64,000 nucleotides of DNA, from the NCBI RefSeq assembly GCF_964355755.1, contig NC_092680.1, forward strand, positions 2,418,001 through 2,482,000, given 5' to 3'. A model generated the notes under the pieces. That model searched no databases and was not told the origin of the DNA. It saw nothing but the letters and a program-made list of their open reading frames with translations. Shown in pieces: positions 51,401 to 64,000 of this stretch (positions are counted from its first letter, which is position 1; each line of letters starts with the position of its first letter). The position numbers and the translations under genes were made by a program. The DNA is from Antedon mediterranea. Lineage: Eukaryota; Animalia; Echinodermata.

Positions 51401-52828
51401 TTGAAGTAACACTCACATTCTCATAGCCGAGAGAATTAACATGGTTGGCTGATAATCTGAATAAAGCAGTTATTACCAGTAGGCCTCCAAAAAAATACAG
51501 ATCAAAGATGGGCCCCTATTGCCACCTGCTAGTTGGCATGTTATGACAGCTTACTAAATATGTCATTTATCATGTTACAGAATCTTTAATGTCATCAAGT
51601 CCATGGTATGTGGAAATTAGGTAACATTATAAAATGTCACGATATTATTTAACCTCTCTGTGGTTTAGTCACATTAACTAATTAACCTTACAACTGAAGA
51701 GACAAGTTAGAATTTTATTAACACCTTAAAAAATCCACAATGAAACAGTGACATTATTCAATAAAATACATAAAATATAATAATCAAATCTCAAGGTTTA
51801 AGGAAGTGAGCGGGTGAATGCTAAGGAAACTGTTAGTAGTGATAAGAAACATTCCGAAGGGACCAAAGGGAAACATTTACATTATTTATTTACAGCAGTT
51901 GTTGATCAGAGAAATAAAATAGTTCTGGCGGATGTATAAATTTATTGTTATTTTAAAGGTTCTAAGTCTCTGATCCTCATGTCAACAATAAAATGTCAAA
52001 AAAAAAATTCTATTGGTGATCAAATTAAAGGTCAAAATATGACCTATAGAGGGCGATATTTAAGATTAGTTAAATTTAATCTTTTTTTTCTTAATACTAT
52101 ACATATGTTAATAATAACATTATATTCAGGAAAATACCTAATGTGGTGGCACACCAAGTAATGGTACATCCTCATTCAATAAAACATGAAAAAATATAAA
52201 ATATGAAAAAATATAAAATAAAATTTAAAATATACAAAGAAAACTAAATTAAACAGATAATAGGTAAACTACCGCCCTCCACCAAACCAAATTAACAATA
52301 AAAAAAATAACAATAAACGCAACCCACATTCATACCAATGGGCACCTATTTTGCATATCATATATACTGTAATGGTCTAAGACGCATATATAAAAACATT
52401 TTGAACATTTTATAAGAGGTTTTTAACTTCTCTTGAGGATCACAAGTTGCATGTTTCCATTTATTGATTTTAAACATTAATCAGTTTTGAAAATATTGAA
52501 AAAGTGATTCATTTATAAAAACTTTTGAAAGTGTTGGTAAAAACATTAGAATTGACTGTCCTCAAGTGACCTTTTGATCTGAAGAAGAGTGGTTTCAGTA
52601 ATGTCCAGCCAGACTGACCTAAGGCTATAAACAATTAACCCTCTGTCAGTCACAATTACCAATACTTGTTAGCTAGGTAATTGGACATAAAAAGGTCAGT
52701 TTTGCTGTAAATCTATCCATCAATCCTAGCCTTGACATTGTAAGCTGACAGTCAGTCAGATAATGCTAAAGGTAAGTGATCTCCTGAAGAGTGATGTAAT
52801 TGAATAATTACCAAGTAATGTAACTTAA

Positions 52829-53099
52829 TACCCTTTTCACACTACAATATCCATATTTTGCAAATAGTAACAATTTTTCTAGAAATAGTGCGAAACATAC
52901 ATTTATGGGGCTTGATATACATGTCTTTGAAAAACATGTCATGAAATCAGTTTGAGTTTGATACCTCCCTGATATGATTAACATTTTAAAAATTGAAATA
53001 CTTCAAACAAATTCCGCCCTCAACAAACAATCTTCCATAATACATGTGAAATCCTCAGTAGAATAGGTTAAATTTTCCTGCATAGTGTGAACAGGTGTA
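52829..53099. mobile_element. Possible old Harbinger-like MITE
   Basis: Imperfect TIR TACCCTTTTCACACTA / TAGTGTGAACAGGTGTA. Confidence 0.4.
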
Positions 53100-53426
53100 A
53101 AAAAAAAAACTACACATACAGTGTTTCAGTTTAGGGCCTTATCACATGCCAAAATTAAGAGTTAAAGACCAAAACTTAGACCATATACCTACATTTAAAA
53201 ATCTTGGAACAACTATTCAATACTGCCCTCAATCAGTTGTGGTCACTTGCCAAGGACGGTGACTGGGGAAGTTCATATTTAAATTATAAAGTAATTAAGT
53301 AAGGCAGCAGGAAGCCTGGAAGAAAGTAGGGGAAAAAAGTAACACGATAGTCATGATCAAAATGTTATTAACATTTTTTTCATTATTATATTCCAAGGCA
53401 ATTTAACAACAGGACACTGAGTTCAC

Positions 53427-53615
53427 CTTGGAAAACATTTGTCCTTTTATCTTATGTCTGGCTGCGACAAATACCAACAGTACTATACTATGTAGATATT
53501 CTAAGCGGCGCGCAGGGTCTGTTAAAGGGTGTGGAACTGATTGTGTTGCAGCCACAGATAAACCCTTTGATCTTGGGAATACTTGCTGCATTTTATAATT
53601 CGATTGCATAGTCAT
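53427..53615 (-). CDS. Candidate coding exon (63 codons, unknown product)
   Basis: Acceptor TTTTGTAG (plus 53673-80), in-frame stop, then ATG 53615 open to AAG|GTGAAC donor in phase 0; locally raised GC. No homology recognised. Confidence 0.25.
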
Positions 53616-54968
53616 CAGAATTCAAGAAATATCTTTTAGAAAACACAGTTTCCCTAATTCATGGCAGATTTCCTACAAAACTATAACATATTTAATAATA
53701 ATATTATTCATATTGCCACATTGGCAATGATGAAAAATGTATCATTTAACACTGCCATAAGTTGCAGTGCACATATTCTACAATTAGGTTAAGTATGTTT
53801 CTGTTGAGCAATTTAACGAAGCAGACTAGCACATTATAGTCACCACTGGAGGCCTATTAATCTCAGACACCACCAGCCATATAATGCCTTTTGGCTATGT
53901 GACCCTCTTTGACTTACATTTTAACTGTTTATTCTTTAAGCAGTAACAGCCTATCTAAGGTGAATGCAATTGACACGACCTGCTTATTAAATGGTCACAT
54001 GTTAACACGTTTAGGAAGCAGGGGTTACTTCATAAACGGGCCAGCTCCATTCAGGATACCTTTTGACAAAATCTTTGCGAAAGAATGTATAGAACAATGT
54101 TATATGTCAACAACTTCAAACTTCACAGGATACAGACACATGCAAGAGACAACTAAAAGTATTGTTTTCCCTAAACTAAAAAAAAACATATGGCTCTTAT
54201 AAACTTGCATGGTACTAGCCCATTGCAACTGTTGTAGGTAATTAATATACAGGCATGAATTATTGTATGTGTTTATTAACACAAGCAAAATAGACCTGAT
54301 TAACAAACACTTTTATGGTGGACCACTGAATTTAACCTCCCATCCAAGCCACATGAACAAATAATACAATATGCAATGCTATGCTATGCTGGAACTTCCA
54401 TTCTAAAATATAAGAATTAGGAACTTTAATCAAACACTTTTACCATGGAATACCATACACTGGTGTTAGATAAGAACCTATAACAACATCAGTATGAACA
54501 TGTAGCATATAAAACTAAATTTCATCAAATGAAAAAAAAAAGCAAAAAATCTAGCAAAAAAAAAAGAAGTTAATGAGAGACCTTCACAATGTTGAGTTAT
54601 ATCCTGTAAGACAGGTCTATGTTGTGGTGCGAAATAAATTAGACAGGCCAACTAAAAATAGCAAACCTGTACGATATACTAATAAATCATGATGATATTG
54701 GGAATTCGTACAGCTTTATGTACAAATGTGCCGTCCTTTTAAATTACATCAAAATCTGAGAATTATGAGAATGTCTTGTTTTAGTAATGATTTTAATGGT
54801 TCCAATGGAAGATAATGTAACTCTGTATCACACTTTGAACTTGGCAACTTCTAGTTTATTTCTAGTTTTTTATATAATACAGATCTCTTAAGAATGTGAA
54901 TAAGGTCGCTAGCATTTACTAAAGACATTAAAATATCCAGGGAGTAATTCCTTCCACAAACCACAAAC

Positions 54969-55085
54969 CTCTGTCTACACTATCAAACTAGTTTGACCAA
55001 AAAAGTGTGATGTGCCCAAATATGGTATTTATATGCCCAAATATGATAGTGATATGACATCATAATGTCCATATATTGGCACATG
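54969..55085. mobile_element. MITE family A, 3'-truncated, with internal duplication
   Basis: CTCTGTCTACACTATCAAACTAGTTTGACC..., TGCCCAAATATG twice. Confidence 0.85.
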
Positions 55086-55587
55086 AAGTTTTTCAATAAT
55101 GTTGCCAAAAACTAGTTGTATCAGTAACATTCTACGGAACTACCAATTTGAAATCTGCCTTACTTGTTTAAAGATATCTCATACACCAATGATTGGAAAT
55201 TGAAATTTAAAGGACTATTTTTAAAGTGCATATTCTTTACAGATGTTCTTTTTAAACTATGCATTTAAATGCAAGGAATCTTTATCTCCGACCTTTGACA
55301 TACCTCATCTCACCGTATTCCATAAGTAAAATGAAAAATCAAGTTAATAGAATCAATTTGATGGCAGAAGCCAAAAGCCATTACCAAAAACAGGAATGAA
55401 TAATTTGATGATCGAAACAAACAATTTTTACGGTTATAATAAATAAAATATTTGCAGTTTAAAAAGGTTTTTTTAAAACATTGTTCAGACAAGAGATATT
55501 GACAAACCAAAAGTTATAGCACAACTAAATTAACATGTTTTAAAAATTTCACATATGGGTGTAGATTGGTCAGCGATACTACTGCAA

Positions 55588-55945
55588 TGCGAGTGAGTGG
55601 CCTAGCGGTTAAGACAGTGGAACCGTAATTACGTAGCCATATCATCGGCAAGGGTTCGAGGCTCACTCGCTCCATGGTTCTGGTGGTAGAACGAGTCTTC
55701 TCGGATAAGGAATATAAACCGTAGGTCCAGTGTACAAATACCGTAGCTCATGCGCACTTTAAAGAACCTAGTACATCTTTTGAGACGAGTAGGGGGTTAC
55801 CCCGGTGTACTAGTCCACACAAACACAGCCACTGTCACACACAGCCACTGTGCAAATTGGGACTGGACCGTTTTAGAGGTGTTTACCACCTGTTGGTCCA
55901 GATCCTTCACTAACTGAGTTAGTGAGAAGTCGAATAAATACAAAT
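55588..55945 (+). mobile_element. Full-length tRNA-derived Deu/Nin-domain SINE
   Basis: A box TGGCCTAGCGG, B box GGTTCGAGGC, complementary GCGAGTGAG/CTCACTCGC. Deu-like TCGGATAAGG..AAACCGTAGGTCC..TTAAAGAACC..GAGTAGGGGGTTACCCCGGTGT. 3' hairpin CACTAAC-TGA-GTTAGTG plus AATAAA. Confidence 0.9.
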
Positions 55946-56298
55946 GTACATTTAGCTATCAATAGATAAACCAAGTAGGCCTACTATAACGTGAAATAGA
56001 ACATCTGAAATGTGATGACATAAGTCTGAACAAGGCTTTAGTAATTTTGTTAAACATAATATTGTGTAACCTTCGGTTGCGGTGGAGACAATTTAATATA
56101 ATTCAATAGCTCTGGTTATTTATAATCTTGTGGTTTAAGTCCTACATTGAAAAGATATTTATAATGTATTATATATAATATTCCCAAGGATAAAAGCTCC
56201 AAAGATGGATTAATATAGGTATGAAACTGCATCAAATCGGTTAAATATGATTTTTTTTTTTTAAACAACAGCGAATAGGTGTTGAAATGCTACTTAAC

Positions 56299-56614
56299 CT
56301 GGGCGGAACCAGAGCTTTGTTGGAGAAAAGAAGCAGGCTAGAAGGAGAAGGGGGCCTGTGGATTCTGAATCCACATATCGATAAGCAAAAAAAAAAAGCA
56401 TTCCAAATGAAATGTAGGTCTCCTTTAATAACCAAAGCAGTCAAAGGTCAAAGTGTTAGGAAAGAAGGCCGGGGGTGAGGGAAGGAGGAGGTGAGGGAAG
56501 GAGGGGGTGAGGGAAGGAGGGGGTGAGGGAAGGAGGAGGTGAGGGAAGGAGGGGGTGAGGGAGGGAGGAAGAAAGAAAGAAGTAAGGGAGACATACACCA
56601 TGGATCTGCCTATG
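56299..56614. mobile_element. MITE with GGCGGATCCA-type termini
   Basis: Left GGGCGGAACCAG, right TGGATCTGCCTATG; G-rich interior. Confidence 0.45.
56472..56568. repeat. 17-bp G-rich minisatellite (~5-6 units)
   Basis: GGTGAGGGAAGGAGG(G/A)G-type units. Confidence 0.92.
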
Positions 56615-58228
56615 TTAACTATTATTCCTGCCAGTTATTTCAGCTGCATTTTAAGATATCACTGCCATGTTGGCATCACTCAAATGTTGCCTAGTTCAGA
56701 CGTTCGATAATTATTAACCTCTTTGGTTGAAGTAGAAATATGTTATTCAAACTAAGCCCATAGTAAAAATGTTTTCCGGAATTATTAGTATGAAAACATA
56801 TCCTTTAGAACTCAATAATAACCTTAGTTTAAATGTCAATGATATGTGATACCAGGTGCAACATCTATCATCTAGTATAGATTTCCTATAATGATATTCA
56901 GCAGACGCCAATTCTCGTCAATGTTTTCTCTTTTTTTTCGGCTTCTTTTCTACATAATTTTGCCTTCATTATATAACTTATATAACTATGTTAATTTATA
57001 AAATGTAATTATTAATTAACATATTGTACAACATGACAAAACATTATTGTTTGTTAAGTGTTTAGTGAAAAATTTGTTTTAACTTATAGAATAGACTTAA
57101 AAAAAAACATAAAAATAATTGGTTGGTTTTTTTTTAAAACTGAATTAAGCAAAATTATTGACTTAATACCAAGTTTAATATGATTTTTTATTTGATAAAT
57201 CTGGTCTCAGATCAATAGGCCTATTGTGTTTTTCAAATATTTTTCAAAATTGAAGGTATATTTAAATTAGAAATTATTTAAAAAAAATAAGTTTACAGTC
57301 TAAAATACCTTTATCGTTCATGTTCATGTTATCTACAGAATTACATTTTATCTACTTTTTCCATACTACCCAATTTCTAGAATTGATTCACGATTTTCTA
57401 AGATTACGATAAATGTTGCAATGGCAGTGTGACCAAGAGCGATGAATGATGACAGTGACTAGTATGAATCTGAGTGGCTTAGCATGGCAATCAATTTACG
57501 GCTTGCCAAAGGTCATGTTTTTTTTAAACTATTCAAGTCATAATGTTACATAAAGTCAAGGTTGAAATAATTTTTAATTTCATGCTTTTATACAATGAAG
57601 AGAAAAAGATAAAAATCGTTGCAATAAGTGCACAGATTTTCTTTGTCGGGTAGGCCTAGCACCGATAGAAAGATTTGTATGCTGAAATCTGCACGTATCA
57701 TCTGCAGGCTTTAAACGCATATGTGGTGGGCGTCGTTTTTTCTGAGAGTAATAGCAAATAAGATCCTTTAATCTCACCCTGAAGGTTATAGAAGGTCATG
57801 CTACCAATAACCTTTAATGACCTATGTAATACACATTCATAGTTAATCCCATGAGAAAGATGATGAATGTTAAATACGAGAATCAAAAGCCGTCGACTAA
57901 TAACATATTATTTTCTCGTTTTAAAACGCAGACTATACACAATTTATGATTTATACAATCATCTGGAAATAATTATGTACTCCAAAACATAATTGGTCAT
58001 TGCACATTTCACGACCTTGGTCATGTATGTCATAGACCCTCAAGCCGTAAGACACATACAAAAACCTGAGATCTAAGCCGAGGCCGATACAATAGCCAAC
58101 CGTATCATAGGTAAGGCTGCTTGCCTTGAGAAACAACATTTCTCGCTCGTAGTAGACGTAGGGTAATTATAATCATTGTCGGGGCACAAACCACAAACAA
58201 TTTACAAAACCAAATTGAAGATACTCAC

Positions 58229-58345
58229 CGGACGTCCTTCACGAATTCGCATATTATACATCCAAAAAGCAGACGGTATAAATCCGATAGTATATATCCC
58301 AAAGTATAAAGAATCCAGAGAGTGGCGTTTCACAACCGCAAACAT
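58229..58345 (-). CDS. Candidate first coding exon (39 codons, unknown product)
   Basis: gccatcATG start, open frame MFAVVKRHSLDSLYFGIYTIGFIPSAFWMYNMRIREGRP, consensus donor CCG|GTGAGT in phase 0, inside a CpG-rich block. No homology recognised. Confidence 0.4.
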
Positions 58346-58419
58346 GATGGCTTCAAACTTACAACATACCCTATATCCTAACAACCATGGGGCCTAATTA
58401 GACAATAATTCCAAGAGCT

Positions 58420-58700
58420 TGGGTCAGTATTCCAATATGGCAACACAATGTCGCGAATTATAAGTGGTATGCACGGCCGCAAATTTTATTCCGTATTGTT
58501 CTTTTTATAACTTCCTTTACGAGAATCTGTTATTCATGTTCGTATAATTCACGAGAAACTTCTGAATACGCTTAGAAATGTTTCAGCGTCGGATATCAAG
58601 GTGCACTAAAGTCATACGAAACTGCTGTGGTTTTAGTATTGGGCGGATGATTGCAAGTACGCCGGGAAGTGATACGCCGCTATAGTTGCGAATCTGCTCA
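58420..58700. promoter_or_regulatory. CpG-rich promoter-like region
   Basis: High CpG density; overlapping ATTGG/GGGCGG (CCAAT and GC box), CCGGGAAGTG (ETS-like), TCGCGA, AATATGGC (YY1-like); adjacent to a donor-terminated exon candidate. Confidence 0.45.
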
Positions 58701-61196
58701 AAATGTGATTTCTTTATTAAAATTACTACCTAAGAATGCCTTTATAATATAACATTTATCGTTTTCAATGATGACGAAATTGTATATTAAAAATTTTATG
58801 AAAATATGATTTGTTTTGAATCGTAACCGAATACAAGGGCGCCTAATGAATTATAGAAAACGATTTCGATAATAATGAAGGTAAACCGTATGTTAACATA
58901 TGTAAATTCAAACATAAACTATTACTGAATATCATTATCTCTTATATAATTATTAAAACATACTGTGACTTAATCCATCACATACAGAACTTTGCTTTCG
59001 TTAAGTCACCAAAACAAAATGATATCGTAAGAACAAAATAGTAAATTAAATAATAAATGATAAATTAATAATATGCATATACAAATTTAAAAAAATATAA
59101 ATAAATATGTACGCCGTAACTAGATGTATCTCTGAATTTAACCATTCTAATTTACATGGTTTAAATTACGACTGCGCATTTAGATAGCGGTAAACCGTCT
59201 CTGCACCACGGCCTCTATACTACTGCATGTACTCATGCAATAATAAATGAATCTAATATACGTTGAAAAAAATGTACATTTTAGAGAGCTGTTACAGCAA
59301 ATAAATTTATTCATAATATTTGTTAATAAATGCATACAACTCGAACAATAATAACGCAACTTATATAGGTGTATCTGTGATTACGTTTTATTTAAAAGCA
59401 TGCAATTACATAAATTATTTAATACAGTTTAAATGCTGTCAAAATTGTGACATAGGTTCTCATGAATATTTCATTATCTTTAATGTACCATGAATAGTCA
59501 GGCATTTTCATATTCAATTTTTTAAGAATTTTAAATACTATTTTTTTGAATATTTAGTTGATACAAAATTTGATACATAAACATTATCTAATATTATTGG
59601 TTCTTTTTCATTCAAATTTTTTGTTATTTTTAAATTTAATAATAAATTATAAAATGATGATAAAGATGAAGATAATTGAGAATGTTGATGATGACGATCA
59701 TTTTCGGGAAAAAAAATATAATTTTAGGGAAAAAGCATCTTTAAAGAAAAGATATACTCATTTGCTTCTCACATTTCCAATCGCTTAGCAACCGAATCAT
59801 TATCTTATAATGGAAAATTGTGGAATAAAAAAGCGATTTTCTTATAGCTTTATGAACACCTGTCGAAAAATATATGATGGATGTTCCACTACAAATCTCA
59901 TTGTTCTTCACTTTACGAAAGAAAATAATATCTCATGATGGCAAAAAAGCCAGATATTATTTGAACTCTAAACCAGTTATAAGTTTTTTATGTCTGAAGG
60001 TGTGTGCACATTTTCCATCGGTGATAAATTGTTGAGAAACGTTGTTGGCACATTAAAAAAAAATTAGATTAGTTTATTCATTTGAGTGGATTTCCTGTTG
60101 ACTGATATCTGTTTTATCATGGGGCTGAGCTCCACTCCCTTGGTCTAGAATCTCCAGAGTCAACAAGCTGTTTTTATTTAGAACACAATATGTTGCTGGT
60201 ACTAGTCAGGAGGGTTCGGAGGGTTCGAACAAACTCCCCTTTCCCTGATGAAGTGCCCCTTTTTAAAACTGGAGTTATCAGTGAAAGTTTTGGCTAATCC
60301 TACTAGCTCAGACAAAATGTCATCTACTAAGCTAGGCCTAAAATAATCCTTTCTTCAGTAACAATAATATTTTATAGCACCTAATACAATGTATCTACGC
60401 GTTTAAACCCAAAAAATGATCCCTAAAATATCCTAAGATAACTAAAAAAGGAAGAAGAAGCAGTGGAACCATTTACACCGCTCTGTTCCCCTGCACATTT
60501 GAAGCTCCCATATTAGAGCTCGCCAGAACAAAACTTTCAAACTTTCGCAATACGATTTAATATGGAAGCGGCTGAATGTTTTATATTCGTTGAATGGGGA
60601 CTGGATAAATTTCCTTTGTTGAAAGCCTGCAGACTGTAGTCTAATATTACACATCCATGATAAAACAAAACATTAAGTTTAAAGTTCTGGCTTTATCCGA
60701 ATAGTATACTCATGACACCGGATTAGAAAGGCATGCTCTGTGACAAGTATGCCATAAATGGTTTACAAAACCTACTATGCTTGCAAATGAGGGGGGATGT
60801 GAACTAAATACATTCTGTAAGCCATTCAGGAAAATTAATGACGCTATTGGATCAACACTAAAATCTCCTTATGCGCTCCCTCATAATGTAAGCCACAGTT
60901 CAGGCGATCTTGACATGATAATAATCCCAAGGGAGCTGTGATCGCAAACATAATGTAGTCGATCCCTCGACTCACTTGTAATGATTATCCCACTTAGAAT
61001 TTGTGCCAGAATCACATTAAACTGTGACTTCATAATCTTTCATATTTTTCCCTCCAGGAATAATAAATAGTAATGAGTATCGAGCGAAAAAATAGGAATG
61101 TGATAATGTTGTTACTGCCAATAAAAGAGAATTTTCTCTCAGTTTTTAACATTTGAATCTATTCTATAAACATTTTCCAGTTTTAATCAGATTGTT

Positions 61197-62897
61197 TATT
61201 TGACTGCGGTGCTTATTTGACTGTGGTTGACTGCGCTGCCTATTTGACTGCGCTGCCTATTTGACTGCGCTGCCTATTTGACTGCGCTGCCTATTTGACT
61301 GCGCTGCCTATTTGACTGCGCTGCCTATTTGACTGCGCTGCCTATTTGGCTGCGCTGCCTATTTGACTGCGCTGCCTATTTGACTGCGCTGCCTATTTGA
61401 CTGCGCTGCCTATTTGACTGCGCTGCCTATTTGACTGCGCTGCCTATTTGACTGCGCTGCCTATTTGACTGCGCTGCCTATTTGACTGCGCTGCCTATTT
61501 GACTGCGCTGCCTATTTGACTGCGCTGCCTATTTGACTGCGCTGCCTATTTGACTGCGCTGCCTATTTGACTGCGCTGCCTATTTGACTGCGCTGCCTAT
61601 TTGACTGCGCTGCCTATTTGACTGCGCTGCCTATTTGACTGCGCTGCCTATTTGACTGCGCTGCTTATTTGACTGCGCTGCTTATTTGACTGTGCTGGTT
61701 ATTTGACTGCGGTGCTTATTTGACTGCGGTGCTTATTTGACTGCAGTGCTTATTTGACTGCAGTGCTTATTTGACTGTGGTTGACTGTGGTGCTTATTTG
61801 GCTGCGCTACTTATTTGACTGTGGTGCTTATTTGACTGTGGTGCTTATTTGACTGTGCTGCTTATTTGACTGCGCTGCTTATTTGACTGTGGTGCTTATT
61901 TGGCTGCGCTGCTTATTTGACTGCGCTGCTTATTTGACTGCGCTGCTTATTTGACTGCGCTGCTTATTTGACTGCGCTGCTTATTTGACTGCGCTGCTTA
62001 TTTGACTGCGCTGCTTATTTGACTGCGCTGCTTATTTGACTGCGCTGCTTATTTGACTGCGCTGCTTATTTGACTGCGCTGCTTATTTGACTGCGCTGCT
62101 TATTTGACTGCGCTGCTTATTTGACTGCGCTGTTTATTTGGCTGCGCTACTTATTTGGCTGGTGATGCTTATTTGACTGTGCTGCTTATTTGACTGCGCT
62201 GCTTATTTGACTGCGCTGCTTATTTGACTGCGCTGCTTATTTGACTGCGCTGCTTATTTGACTGCGCTGCTTATTTGACTGCGCTGCTTATTTGACTGTG
62301 GTTGACTGTGGTGCTTATTTGGCTGCGCTACTTATTTGACTGTGGTGCTTATTTGACTGTGGTGCTTATTTGACTGTGCTGCTTATTTGACTGCGCTGCT
62401 TATTTGACTGCGCTGCTTATTTGACTGCGCTGCTTATTTGACTGCGCTGCTTATTTGACTGCGCTGCTTATTTGACTGCGCTGCTTATTTGACTGCGCTG
62501 CTTATTTGACTGCGCTGCTTATTTGACTGCGCTGCTTATTTGACTGCGCTGCTTATTTGACTGCGCTGCTTATTTGACTGCGCTGCTTATTTGACTGCGC
62601 TGCTTATTTGACTGCGCTGCTTATTTGACTGCGCTGCTTATTTGACTGCGCTGCTTATTTGACTGCGCTGTTTATTTGGCTGCGCTACTTATTTGGCTGG
62701 TGATGCTTATTTGGCTGCGCTACTTATTTGACTGTGATGCTTATTTGGCTGCGCTACTTATTTGACTGTGGTGCTTATTTGACTGTGGTGCTTATTTGAC
62801 TGCGGTGCTTATTTGACTGTGGTGCTTATTTGGCTGCGCTACTTATTTGACTGTGGTGCTTATTTGACTGTGGTGCTTATTTGACTGCGGTGCTTAT
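61197..62897. repeat. 17-bp satellite, ~100 units
   Basis: Unit TATTTGACTGCGCTGC(C/T) with blocks of variants. Confidence 0.99.
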
Positions 62898-64000
62898 AAC
62901 CTGTGGCTCTTTATATGCTTGTAACTTGTATCTGACTGTGGCTCTTACTGTGATCAAACTTAAACCTCTCAACGCAAAATTATAGGATAAATTTCAGGCT
63001 ACTTAGTCCACAACACAATGTTGACTATGCACGCTATTTAAATTTAAACCTAAGATATATATTTCCAACGAAAAACAAATGCACAATTGAGTTTATGTAT
63101 AAAAATTACCTACATATTACGTGTATTATTGAAAAATGATGTATGTTTAAATCATATCGATTATTATATACCATCTAGGGTAAGTTAATTAGGTTCAAAT
63201 TGCACCTGCCAATTGACATGAATGATTTCACACATTAGCATTTTTTCAGTCTATGTACACATTAATTTTTAAATCAACTTATGAATGAATTGGTACCTTC
63301 TTTAGTTAGATTATATAACTGTTTATATTTCAATGTTTAGGGGCTGAACTTGATTACTGTAGTTTTAACTATTTTTTAGCCTTTCCCTTGATAAAATTAT
63401 TATTATTTGTATGTAATTTATATTTGTGGGTAAATTGTTTTTCAACTGTGTGTATGTATCATATAAAGGTAGGTACAATACACATGCAGGGATCCAGATC
63501 CAAAAAGGTGGGGATGTGTACTTGTGTATGGAAGCATTCGGATTCCTACAGTTCCCCAGCCGTACATGAATGGACAGAGCATCATCACAAAGCCTCATTA
63601 TAACCTCCTAGGCAGAGGTAAATATGTATAAACAAGAGAAATCAGAGAGTAAAATGTAATGTAATGTCCGTAGTTCAAATTTGATACAGATTTGTTTTTT
63701 AATGTTGTCGTCATGCTACTGACAAACACACACACCAACACAAACACATGACAAGAATAAATCCTAGGCGGGGATAATAATAAATCTTTATCATCATCAA
63801 ATGGACGCATCAGAGATGGGGTTCATAATGCACATGTTAAAAATAAATGATTATGAATAATATAGTATTATTAAGAATTTAATATGTACTGTAGGGATTA
63901 CACAAATATAAGTAGATAACAATCATATTGCATATGGCACTGGTAGGGTAAAAACAAACAGATTTAATTGTGGGCTAATAGATGATGCACCCCTTCTAGA

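Noticed and set aside
50893-51426. Five overlapping 140-177 aa ORFs
   Set aside because: Same 21-bp repeat in inverted orientation.
55588-55675. Functional tRNA gene
   Set aside because: Anticodon arm does not pair well and the sequence runs straight into a Deu-domain SINE body with no terminator.
60245-60275. CTGATGA hammerhead box (also 10394, 49686, 52579, and 53612 on the minus strand)
   Set aside because: No paired stem II followed by GAAA and NUH.

Overview
This is AT-rich eukaryotic (metazoan) genomic DNA, almost entirely intronic or intergenic. The Deu-domain SINEs and repeat content are compatible with a marine invertebrate such as an echinoderm; this is inference. No recognisable full protein-coding gene is present, and every ORF over about 125 aa is a translation of a minisatellite. 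The window is dense in small mobile elements: tRNA-derived Deu- and CORE-domain SINEs, a 5S rRNA fragment, L2/RTE LINE 3' ends, and several MITE families, one with 7 copies. It also holds about ten tandem arrays. The most notable signal is a set of about 8 minimal type-I hammerhead ribozyme motifs of the Penelope-like-element kind. One is intact and followed by a 52-nt intron and an ATG. Two sit in short fold-back insertions bounded by 12-14 bp direct repeats. Also notable are two inverted 21-bp arrays bracketing a related array (45.9-51.4 kb), and candidate alternative first exons of a minus-strand gene whose body would lie left of the window.
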